From positions 1 to 64,000 of the forward strand of contig QPMI01000270.1 of the NCBI GenBank assembly GCA_004431415.1: 64,000 bases of DNA. Reading direction: 5' to 3'. A program made the translations under genes and the position numbers. Positions 13,119-23,947 of this stretch are shown here, in pieces. The DNA is from Cyanophora paradoxa CCMP329. Lineage: Eukaryota; Plantae; Glaucophyta. Under the pieces are notes generated by a model. It was not told the origin of the DNA and made no database searches. It saw only the letters and a list, made by a program, of their open reading frames with translations. Each line of letters starts with the position of its first letter. The first letter of the stretch is position 1.

Positions 13119-13790
13119 ATGGCGGAAGACGTTGCCGGTCTGCAGGAGTACGGGAGGACAGTCGTGCCGGGCGAGCTGAACAAGCTGCGGGCGTGCCTTG
13201 GGTGCTCCCTCGTGAAAACATTCGACCAGTTCATCAAGTTCGGCTGCCCGGTGCGCGTGCTTCATCTCGCGCGAACGAGAACGCGAATGCGAGCCTTCCG
13301 CCCGCAGAACTGCGTGGATCTCATGCTCCAGGACGACAAGCAGCGTGTCAACGACTGCACGAGCGTCGCTTTCGACGGGCGCGCATGCCTTGAGAGGGAC
13401 GGCGCTCAGCTCCCGCGCTGTGCTGAGCTCGCGTGGCGCAGGGTCATCTCGATGATGAAGCCAACAGAGAGCTGGGTGGCGCGCTGGCAAAGAATCGGTG
13501 CGTCGCGCTCCTGTCCCTGGAGCCCGCGTGCGGTCTCTGATGCTTGCTGCAGCTAAGTGCCAACCCGGCGTCTACGCAATACGCGTTCATGGCGATCTTC
13601 CCGGTGCGCTCTTTGCGCACCCGAATGGCTTTTGGCTCTGCCTCGGTACTGATTGAATCGTCACGCGCCTTCTCGCGCCCCCTGCAATTGCAGAATACAT
13701 CCAGGTCAATCCCGCGCCTCCAGACCGCGCTCCGCCAGCTCACGCGACTCGCAGGACTCCCTGGACAGTCGTCGGTCGCGGAGAAGGTGA
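13119..13790 (+). CDS. SPT4: Transcription elongation factor Spt4
   Basis: LRACLGCSLVKTFDQFIKFGCPNC...[26 protein letters not shown]...PGVYAIRVHGDLP after removing 5 introns; TGA at 13788-13790. Confidence 0.95.
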
Positions 13791-14484
13791 TCTACGGAAA
13801 TTGGACGCCTGCCGCACGTATTGGAAATGGCTCGTATTGGACGCCCACGCGCTCTCGCAAAGACGTCGGAGCTGCGCTGGCGATATAGCTAGCTCCCTCG
13901 CCCCGCGGCATCAGCTGCCCCAGTCCTAGGTGTGCGTGCTCGAGTTGGGCCTCGGGGCGTCTGCGGTGGTCGTCGCCGGCGGAGAGGAGGAGATCTTCCA
14001 TGAACGGGAGGTCTCCGGCAACGTGTGGACGGGAGATGGCGTGAACGCGCCGCCGCCGCCGAAGCTCTGGGAACGGAGCTCCCGACCGAAGCTGGATTCG
14101 TGCAGAAGGCGAATGAATCAAAACTGGCTTCCCCACGTAGCAGCTGCCAACATGCTCGTCGGCTCTTGCAACAAAATCGCCGATCGGTCGCGCACTGCGA
14201 GCGACGCCCTGGTTCTAGGCGGCGCCGGCAGCGACCTGACCTTGGAACTTCGGGAAGGATCGCAGGAATGCGCTGCATGCGCAAGCCGGTCTAGATGTGC
14301 TTATGGTACTACGGTAGCAAGGAAGGTTGCGGGTGGCACGACGACAGCCGCGGCACCCGGCGCATCTGGGGGGTCCACTTGCTTTGGGGACGCGACTCAA
14401 CCTGTGCCGTAGTAGCACGTTCGCGTTTGTTCGTGGCAAACTCTTGCGCGCTTTCTAGCGGCGACTAGGGGCCTGGAGAGGCAG

Positions 14485-15737
14485 ATGTTGAGCGCGGCGG
14501 TTCGGCTGACGAAAGCGGCGGCTGTCGCGCGACCAATTGCAAGCGCGCTGCGGCTCGCGCGTTACGTGAGCGTCGATGCAAGCGAGCTGCGCCCCGGCAA
14601 CGTAGTTGAGAAGAAGGGTCCGCGTGCTTCGACCCATCCGTCCCGTCGCGGTGCAAAGGGCGGACTGCTCACATTTCGCTGCAGGAAAGCTGTACGAAGT
14701 CCTGAAGACGCATCACGCGGGTTACGGTGCGCGTCCCCTTGGCCGGTGAGGCTATGCTGCTGCGATGCTGACGCGGACCTGCCGTCAGGGCGCGGCTCCT
14801 CGTACAATGTGGTGCGTGCCTGTCGTATCCCATCGCCCGTGCTCGTCGCGCGTGGAGGCATGAGCGTCACTGCGCTGGATGTCGCCTAGCTAACCGCCCG
14901 CTGCCGGCAGTGCGATCTGCGAGACATTGTGTCGGGCGCAAGGCACCAGGAGCGCTTCAAAACGGACATGTCGGTCGAGCGTGCGCGCGCCCGGCCCCGC
15001 GCGCGAGCGGCGAGCGGCGGGCGGCGGGCCGGGCCCGACAGCGGAAGGCTAACTACAGACTACCAACTAGCCTAGTCCGAGGGCATCGCGGCATGAGACA
15101 ACTCCTCACTCTGCATACGTGGCAGGGGTGGCGCTGGAGGAGCGGAAGCTGCAGTTCCTGTACCGGGAGGGGGAGACGATCCACCTGATGGACGTGAAGA
15201 CCTTCGAGCAGATCGAGATCCCCGTCTCCGTCATCGGCGACTCCGCGCCTTACCTCCAGGGCAAGCCCCGCCCGCCCTGCGCACGTACGCCGCGGCCTGA
15301 CGGGGCGGCAGAGAGCATGGAGCTCTTCCTGAGCTACCACAAGGAGAAGCCTGTCGTCGCGAGGCTCCCCGAGATCGCCAACTACAAAGCCCGTCCCGCC
15401 CCTCGCGCCCCCCGGGCGGCGCGTGACGGGCCGGCCGCCGGGCAGATCGTGGAGGCGGAGGCCGCCGTCAAGGGCTCGCAGGTCGCCCCCACGTGCGCGC
15501 AGGCCAGGCCCCCCTGCCGGTGCCCCGGCCCATGCCGGCGCAGGTACAAGGAGGCCATCCTCGAGAACGGCCGCAAGATCATGGTCCGGCCCCTGTCCCT
15601 GGGCCTAGCTATATGCCCTTCCCCGTGCGCCTCTCCCCGCCTCACCGCCCCCCGTCTGGCAGGTACCCCCGTTCGTGGAGGCGGGCACGATGGTCCGCGT
15701 CCGCATCGCCGACGAGCAGTATGTCGACCGCGCGTAG
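14485..15737 (+). CDS. efp: Elongation factor P, organellar (probably mitochondrial)
   Basis: Arg-rich presequence MLSAAVRLTKAAAVARPIASALRLARY, then ASELRPGNVVEKKGKLYEV...GRG...DLRDIVSG...ERFK, LQFLYREGETIHLMDVKTFEQIEI, YKEAILENGRKIMVPPFVEAG...YVDRA*. Confidence 0.92.
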
Positions 15738-16339
15738 CCGCCGCGCCCCTCAGCCTCGTTCCCCCGGACCCCGCCCGCCACCAGAATAAGTTGATGACTG
15801 CTCGAGCGTTGTACTTCGAGAAACATGCAGGCTGCAGACAGACTGGCAGAACGTCTACAAGCTAGACGGATCTCAACTTTGGGGCTCCAGTTCGTGGGAT
15901 TGGACCACGAGGGGCGCCCAGCCCGCCATCCACCGCCGGAGCGGCTTCGAATTCGGTCGGCCGAGCACGGAAAGGCCCCCTTAAGCTTGAGGGAGGGAGC
16001 TCGAGTACGCCCCCCCCCCCCCCCCCCCCCCCTCCCGGCAACTTGATGCATCGCGATCGCGAAGATCTCGAGCTCTAATTATAAATGCGATGGGAAATTG
16101 CAAGGGGGGGTACCCCCTCCCTTGCTCCCCTGGTGAGTTGGTGCGGCGTACTTTCTGTGTTAGCAATTTTTGTAAGATGAGATTCTTTGCATGCGCTCTC
16201 GTATAGGTGTGATCGCATCGTAGCCGCTGCGAGCGGCGGAAAAAAATGCAGGGGCGGGGCTGCGCAAACATGTCGAGCTCGCTCCTCACCTGCTATTGCT
16301 ATATGCGCCGGACCACGTGCTCCTGAATGCTCTCGATGC

Positions 16340-17122
16340 GCTCTACAACTTCTGTCATACATGCCCGGGCTCGGGGAGCGGCGCGCGGCGCGCTAGGCCG
16401 CCTCAAGTACCTGTTGTACCGGGCGCCGGAAAAAAGCGCTCCTGAGAGTTGGAGGCGCATCGAGACTCGAGCAGGGGGGAATGGCGCGTGTCTTGGGTAC
16501 CACAACGTAGCACGCATGACGCCGTCCGGCGGAGCCCTGGCCTGCTGCCTCTGAACCTAGCAGCAAGCGAAGTTCAGCTCTGCTCTAGCTCGCGACCTTG
16601 CTCCGACCCACGCAGCTGCCATCGATATCCGGGCGGCAAACTTTGAAATGCACTCGCTTGCGGGAAGCACTTCACTCGGCAGGAAGGAAGAAGGCGCCCG
16701 CGACGCCGCTTTCCGGTGCGCGTCGCTTGGCCGAGTGATGATCATGACTGCCCCGCGCCCGCCGCCCGGCTGCAATCAAGCTCGGCTCGGACGAAAGGTG
16801 AGCTCGCATGCCGCCCGGCAACCCCGAGCAGAGCGCGCACAGAAGCCATGTCGAACAGCTCCTCTTGCGCATCTTCTTTTCAGCCTCGCGCGCCCACTTC
16901 TCCGGATGCGGCCTCGAGCTCGGGCCACGGCGTACGCGTTGGCCCCGTAGCAGAGGGTGGCGGTGTCGCAGTATTCGCAGCTGATCCTAGTACGCAGCGC
17001 CGGGCTAGGCCCCGCCCCCGCGCCGCGGCTGTCCGGGGCGAGCTGACGCCTCGGCTCTTAAGCTTCGCAGGCTATGCGCAGGGCCCGGCGCCACCTGCCG
17101 CTCCGCCCGCTTCCTCGCCCGC

Positions 17123-17154
<32 letters not shown>

Positions 17155-18341
17155 CCGCTGCAGCTGCCTCAGCTTCGAAATTCGTCGACTCCAGGTTCGC
17201 CCCGCCGCTGCTACCGCACCTGGCCCAGCCGCCGCCGCTGGGCCCCGCCCCCGCACGGCCGCTGTCGAGCGGCGAGCTGACGCCTCGGCTCTGCGTATGT
17301 GCAGGCTATGCGCAGGGTCAGGTCCCACCTGTCTTTCCTCCCGCTCTCCTGCCCGCCGCCGCCCTCGCCTGCCCGCCAGCCTGCTGCCGCCGCCCACCTC
17401 GCCACCCCATCCGTCCGCCCCACTACTGGGCCACCCCACCCGCCCGCCTCGCCACCCCGCCCACCTCTCCCGCCCGCCTGCCTTGCTCTCTGCCCCCCCC
17501 CCCCCCCGTACCATGCAATGTGTAGAAGTACCCACCCTTGCACCTCCGCGCGCGGCCCGCGCCGCACTTGCTGCTCTTGCACTGGGCCGGGCGCGGTCTG
17601 CTAGTATTAAATGCGATGGGGGCCCGGGGCTGGGGCCCGGCCCGGCCCGGCAGCCGGCGCGCGGGCGCGGCGCCGGCGCCGGCGCTGCATGCGCACTGGG
17701 GCAGCTGGCCGCTGCCAGGCTAATTACTAGCACGCGGCGGCCTCTGCTCGGGCTCCGAGGCTCTGACTGGGCCGGCCGCCGGTTGGAAACGGGGTAGGCG
17801 CGCGCGGGCCCGGCCCGCGCCGGGCCAGCCAGCAGGCCGGGCCAGTGCCAGCTGCAGCTGCAGCTGCACTGCCGCAGTGCGGCAGCTGCAGCTGCACGCG
17901 CCGGCGCTGCGCATGCATGCTGCGCAGCTAGCGCTAGCGCTGCACGCGCGCATGCACAGCTGCACTGTGCCCCTGCACATGTGCATGCGCATATCATACC
18001 GTAGTACTATGCATGCGGCCGGCCGCGGGCGCCGCACTAGCTATAGTACTGCCGGCGCCGCGGCCGGCGCCTGCGCATGCACTGCTAGCGCGCTGGCGCG
18101 CGATCGCGACGCCACGCGCCTCGCGCAAGTCCAGCAAGCCGCTAGCCGGAGCTAGCTACTGCTGGTCAGCTGGCAAGCCTGTCGGCTAGCTCGCCGGCTT
18201 AAAGCACGGGTACGGCAACACGAATTCCACAAACTCGCAGGAGCTCTTTTTTTCGCGATCGGTACAACAGGTACTTGATGCGGCCTAGCGCGCCACGCGC
18301 TGCTTCCCGAGCACTGGCATGTATGACATGCCATGTAGAGC
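16340..18341. repeat. Diverged ~110-bp inverted repeat pair (16340-16450 and 18232-18341)
   Basis: Shared core GGCGCGCTAGGCCGC(C/A)TCAAGTACCTGTTGTACCG on opposite strands; both copies translate as VIHA.AR.AARGALGR.KYLLYR. Confidence 0.75.
16995..17335 (+). repeat. Direct duplication of an intron-end/exon-start-like unit (234-bp spacing)
   Basis: GGCGAGCTGACGCCTCGGCTCT...GCAGGCTATGCGCAGGG at 17037 and 17271; each copy has a CTGAC branch-point-like motif, a CAG acceptor and GYAQG coding potential. Confidence 0.6.
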
Positions 18342-18756
18342 ATCGCAAGAGCTTTCTTATGCACTTGGTCCGGCCCCTATACGACCACAGGATCAGGCGC
18401 TGCAAGGGATAGTCCGGGAAAGGGTCCAGTCCTTTTTTCCGCGCAGCATTCCGCTCTTTCCGGGTTCTGACAACGAATTCCGGGCTCTCATGCATGCACT
18501 AACACTGGGTTAAGAGCTCGGAGCTGGATCGGGAGATGAGCAGACTCGTCATTTTGTAAGTTACCGAAAACGGGGGCCCTACCCCGTTTCCAAATAAACT
18601 CGGACCGGAATTCGAACTCGGAATGCCGGGTCAAATCCGGACACGGACGTTTCAAAATCGTGGACTTTCCGCGCGATCCAGCTGCAGGGCCCACGAGCGC
18701 GCGCGGGGCGGATCGATCACATACTCCGCGGCAGTTCGCTCGACTTTTAGCGGGCG

Positions 18757-20360
18757 ATGCTGGCCCTGCGCATGCCGCGGCCGGCTGCGCCGCGCCTCGC
18801 GCGGAGCGCGTGCCGGTTACGCAGTCATACGGTGCGCCTACAGGCGAATTCTGGTCGCTATCGCCGAGCCCCGCTTGCAGAACGTGAGATGGCAATCGAG
18901 CGGAGCCGGAGCTGGACGGCTTTACACTTTCGGAGCCGGGAAGGAGGGTCAGGTTCGCGTGTCATCCGGGCGCCGCTCACCGGATGCTGTTTGACGTGAC
19001 GCAGTTGGGCCTTGGCACGGACAATCGGGAGGACAAGCCGAAGGAGGTGGCGGGCGTGACTGACGGCGTGGAGCTCTCACTCGGCCTCTACCATACGCTC
19101 GTTCGCTGTACGGGCGGCGCCGTCGTCGGATTCGGCAAGGGTGCGCACCGCGCCGAGACACCCGCGTGCGGGCTGCGAGTCGGCGGGGACGGCAGGCGGG
19201 GGCGGACGGCTGGGGAAGGGGGACGAGACGAACGAGTACGAGCCGCTGCGGGTGGGGCAGCTCTCGGCGCTGCGGGTGGCCCAGGTGGCGGCCGGCGGGC
19301 TCCACTCGGCGGTGCTGGACGAGGAGGGCCGGCTGTACACGTTCGGGTTCGGGGGGTACGGGCAGCTGGGGCATGGGGAGGAGGTGATGAAGCTGCTCGA
19401 GCCGCGCCGCGTCGAGGTGCTAGCGGGGATGCCGCTGCGGCACGTCTCCTGCGGGGGCACCCACATGGCCGCCGTCTCCCGTCCGCCCCCGCGCCCCGCC
19501 CCGCCCCCCTGCCCCCGCGCCCCCCCGCCCCCTCATCGCCCGCAGGCGAGGGCGAGGTCTTCGCCTGGGGGCGGGAGGACCAGGGCCGCCTGGGCATCCC
19601 CGCCGGCACGTCGGATAGCGGGCTGCAGTGCAGCCCCGTGCGCCTCGCGCGGGCCCCGAAAGATGTCCGCGCGGTCTCCTGCGGCGGTGCGCCCTGCCCC
19701 GCGCCGCGCGGCTGGGGCCGGGGCGACGGGGCGGCAGGGTTCCACACGGCGCTGCTGACGGGCGAGGGCCGCGTCTTCACCTTCGGCGGCGGCCAGAACG
19801 GCGAACTCGGTGCGTCTTCCCGCCCCCCGCCCCCCTTCGCCGGCCCCGACGGGGCGGTGCAGGCACGGGGGAGATGGCGAACCGGCACGAGGCGCGGGGG
19901 GTGCAGGGGCCGCTGGGGCAGCGGCGGGTGGTGGAGGTGCGGTGCGGCGGCCTCCACACAGTGGCCCTCACGGAGGATGGCGAAGTAAGTGCCCCCCCCC
20001 CCTCCCCCCCCCCGGGTCCTCTCCCCCCGCAGGCATCTAATCCCCCCGCATGTTTTCGTGTGGGGCTTCGGGGGCTTTGGGCAGCTGGGCACGGGGTCCC
20101 TTGCGAGTGAGCCGCGGCCGCGCCTCGTGGAGGCCCTCCGCGGCGTCCGCGTCACGCACGTGGCGGCCGGCGGCAGCCACACGCTCGCCACGGACGGCGA
20201 GCGCCTCTGGGCCTGGGGCGCCAACCGCGAGGGCGCCCTCGGCCACGAGGGCGGCGTCACGGGGAGCCCCGCCGAGGTCACCGGCCTGCCCCCGGGCCGC
20301 CTCCTCGCCCTCGGCGCCGGCGGCCACCACTCCGCCGTCCTCCTCGCCCCGCCCCCGTGA
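18757..20360 (+). CDS. RCC1-repeat beta-propeller protein with predicted mitochondrial presequence
   Basis: MLALRMPRPAAPRLARSACRLRSHTVRLQ|NVRWQSSG then repeated RCC1 units (LYTFGAGKEGQLGLG, VAAGGLHSAVLDEEGRLYTFGFGGYGQLGHG, VAAGGSHTLA...WAWGANREGALGH). Confidence 0.88.
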
Positions 20361-20523
20361 CCTCTCAGCAGCGCGTGTTCCGACGAAAAAAAGCAGTAGA
20401 GATGCAGGCCGGGGCGGGACGGAGCGAGAGTCTGCGAATCGGGGAGGAGCGGGGCAGGGGGCGGCAGGGGGTGCGGGGCGGGGGGCGGCAGGGGAGTCCG
20501 GGGCGGGAGGGGCGGGGCGGGGC

Positions 20524-21635
20524 TCAGAGGATGGTGCAGGAGATCTCCTCCTCGTCGCGGGGCGGGTGCAGCACGCGCATAATCGCCGTGTCGAAGACCT
20601 CCTTGGTACCGACGCGCGAGTAGGAGCTGCACTCGACGTACCGGTACGCCCCCGTCCGCCTCGCCATCGCCTCCCCCTGCCCCCCCGCCGCTCTCGGACC
20701 CGAACGGCAGAGCAAGAGACACAAGCAGGAAACACCTCCTCTGGTGCCACGAGGGCCTCGCCGCGGGCGCGCATCCACTCGTGGGCGTGGCGGTCCTGCC
20801 GCAGGTCGATCTTCGTCCCCACCAGGATGATCGCCGCCTTCCGGTTCACCTGCCCCCGCCGCCCCCTCCGCGTCACCCCGGCGCCCTCAACAGCCGCGCC
20901 CCCAGGCACCGAGAGAATGTCCGGGATCTGCGCCCACCGGCTATCAGAGGTGCGGCGAGCAGGCGACGCGCGGAGGATTGCTGTCTGCCGCACCCACTTG
21001 CGTGCGACGTTCTCGAATGAGTTGCGGTCCGCGATGCTGACAGAAGCTGTCAGAGGACGGCCGGAAGTAACACGGGCACAGACACTGCCACCCGCGTGCT
21101 CTTCGGAGCTAACAATGCATCGGCGGCCAGAGCACCCCCCATGCTCCGCGTAGCCTTGCTAAGAGAACGCCGGTGGGGCTCCCCCCGCGCAGGAGCAGGG
21201 AGCACCTGAAGCACACGCAGAAGACGTCCGTGCTTGGATAGCTCAGCACGCGCAAGCTATCGTATTCCTCCTGGCCGGCCGTATCCCATAGCGAGAGCAT
21301 CACCGGCTCCGCGCCGACCCACACGCGGCCTACGAGGCTCGTCAACTCGGCGCTCGGCTCCGCGCGGCGCTCGCTATACCAGAGAAGTTATCGAAGATGG
21401 TCGGCGTGTACTGGGCTGGTATCTTTCCTGCGAGGCTTGTCAACCTGGCTTAAGGATTCGCCAAGCTAAAGGCCACGAAAGGCTTTGATCATCAAGGCTT
21501 GCCAGTCGTATACTGCGCGGGGCCTGAGAAGAGCGCGGAGCGAGGCGGGTCGGGCGCACACACAGCATAAAGAAGACAGGTCTTTCCGACTGTCCCGTCC
21601 CCTACCACGACACACTTGATCGACGGCGCCGCCAT
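20524..21635 (-). CDS. Rho-family (Rac-like) small GTPase
   Basis: [68 protein letters not shown]-terminal CAAX CTIL*. Confidence 0.93.
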
Positions 21636-22088
21636 GAACCGCTGTCCTCGCGTCGGGTTTACATTAACAACAGCTGTGTTGGAACTAGGAAGGTAGCACG
21701 CACCCGTCAACCGCCGAGGTGTGTGCGTCTCAGGCGATTGTACGTATCGTAGCGATACCTGGCGTGCCGTACTCGTGCTGGACTCCGCTAGTCGCTAGTC
21801 CGCTGAAGGTGGCTCGCAGCCGATACCCCCCCCCCCCCCCCCCGACAACCGCCGAATGAAAGCAAAACGTTAACGCCGCTGCATGCATGCGCGTCTCAGC
21901 GTTCGAAGGCCGTACAATACCATGGCCAGCGGCGTATGCGCGCGGTGGTGGAAGCTTGCGAGTGGAGCCGCAAAGTGAGCAGCAAACGCGAGCTTCAGCA
22001 GCTAGGAAAGCGCGTAGCAAGTGATCGGGCGGCGCATGCAGCTTTTGAATAGTTGTTCGGTGATCTTCTCTTGCAGTTCAGAAGTCGG

Positions 22089-22512
22089 CTACGAGAAGGG
22101 CGCCATCTCGGCGAGGCCAGCGAGGGTCTCCTCGACGAGGGGCCCGACGGCGGCGGCGGGGACGGCCGGGGCGAGGAGGCAGTAGAGCTGCAGGGGCGGG
22201 CGCGAGGCGGCGGCGAGGCGGAAGCCGTCGGCGAGGGCGTGCACGGCGCCGGCCGCGTAGGCGCCGCGCGGCGTGGCCTCCGTGCGGAGCATCGTCCCCG
22301 CGGAGCGCAGGAGGACGCGCAGCAGCGGCAGCCCGTCCGCCACCTCCGCCGACGCCCCGGAGGCCGCCGAGCGCCCTGTCGACCCCGCCCCCGCCCCCGC
22401 TGGCGGCCGGCTCGCCAGGGGCGCCTGCCCGCAGAAGATGATCCGCCGCAGCCGCGTGTGGAGCAGGGCGAAGCTGCGGGGCCGTCACACGGGCGCCCGG
22501 GGCGACGCGGGG

Positions 22513-22549
<37 letters not shown>

Positions 22550-23695
22550 CGAGGCGCGAACGCGAGGATGCCGGAATCGAAGGCGATGTTCGCGGGAAAG
22601 CCGCCGCGGGGCACGGCGGCCGCGCACTGCCGCACGAGGCCCATCACCGGCGCCCAGAACTCCCGCGCCTGCGGCCGCCCGGCCCGTCGGGAGGGGGCGG
22701 GCGGGGTGGGGCGGGCGGGCGGGCGGGCACGGAGCGCTGGAGGCGGTCGAGATCGGCCTCGGGCCCGCAGAGGAGGACCGCCTCGGCCTCCTCCGACGCC
22801 CCCAGCAGCGCCGTCACCAGCCGGAACGGCGTCTGCTCCGCGTGAGCGGCGCCGCCGGGCGGGGCGGGGCGGGGCCTGCGGGGCGCACGGCGGGGCTGGT
22901 CTGCGGCAGGTAGATGGGGATGTCGCGGGCGGCGGCCGGGGGCAGGGAGGCGAGGTAGCGGGATATCAGCAGCTGCTCCTCCGTCGGCAGCGCCCACCTG
23001 CGCCGCCCTCGGCCCCCGTCCGGCGGGCGGCGGGTCGGGGCGGGGCGGGACCAGTCGTCGGTGGCGACGCAGAGGCGGTCGCGGAGGCGGAGGCAGGCGT
23101 GGCTGGAGGCGGCGGCCCCCGCGAAGCCGGCGAGGGCGCGCTTGAGCGGCTCGGCGTGCTCCTCGGGGGTGTAGAGGAGGAGGCGGGCGGAAGCGAGGGA
23201 CTCGAGGCCGGCCTCGAAGTCCTGCATCAGCGCGTCGATGAGCTCCCCGCACACCCGCAGCTGCCGCTTCAGCCGCTCCAGCGCCGCGAAGCCGCCCTGG
23301 TCCGCGAACTCCGCCGCCCCGATCAGCAGAACCAGCGACCCGTGGATCCGGTCCAGGAACGTCAGCACCTCCTGCGCCACGCCGCTCAGCCGCGCCGGCG
23401 AAGGCAAGCGGGAGAGCAGGCGCTGCCCGGCCGCGGCTGCTCCGCTGGCGCGCACCTCCTCTTCCGCGTCGACGGAGCTCGTGCAGCACACGATGACGAG
23501 GCTCGTCTGCTCGTAGGTGCGGAAGCCGACTGCTGCGTCCGACGAGCGGATCATCCGGAGCGTGTGGCGGGCCTCCGAGCAGGACGTGCAGACGGCGCTG
23601 AGCAGGCCCAGCGTTGGAAAGCTGGGCGTCGCCATCCCGCGCGAGCGGGTGATGAGCGGGACGCCATTGATGTCCAGGACGACGCACAGCAGCAT
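22089..23695 (-). CDS. FUZ: Fuzzy (CPLANE tri-longin protein) homolog
   Basis: GVPLITRS...SFPTLGLL; SLVLLIG...LERLKRQLRVCGELIDALM; VATDDWWAL...SLPPAAARDIPIYLPQTSPATPFRLVT...LLCGP, closely following the animal Fuzzy motifs ERLKKDLR, SLPPQTARDYPVYLPHGSPTVPHRLLT and LLCGP (from recall). Confidence 0.85.
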
Positions 23696-23947
23696 GCCGG
23701 GCCGCTTAGCTAAGCTATGCTAGCGCGGAGGTCGCCGATGTCGGTAGCGCATCATCAGCGCCTGGGTAGGGCTGGAAACGGGAGCGCGGGAAGAATCAAC
23801 AACTGCGAACAAAGAGCACTGTACTCGTCTTGTCTTTTCTTCTCACGCTTCCGGCAGCCCTCGCGTCAAACAAAGCCGATTAGGAAGGACGTTAACGCTG
23901 CGCTTAGCTAGCTGAGGGCCGCGGCGCGGCGGCCGCCGCCGGCGAAC

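Noticed and set aside
13792-14440. ORFs between SPT4 and EF-P (13930..14412 +, 13792..14136 -)
   Set aside because: No convincing start, splice pattern or motif; a small gene cannot be excluded but is unsupported.
18757-20360. UVR8 UV-B photoreceptor call for the RCC1-repeat gene
   Set aside because: It lacks the GWRHT tryptophan-triad motifs and has a mitochondrial-type presequence.
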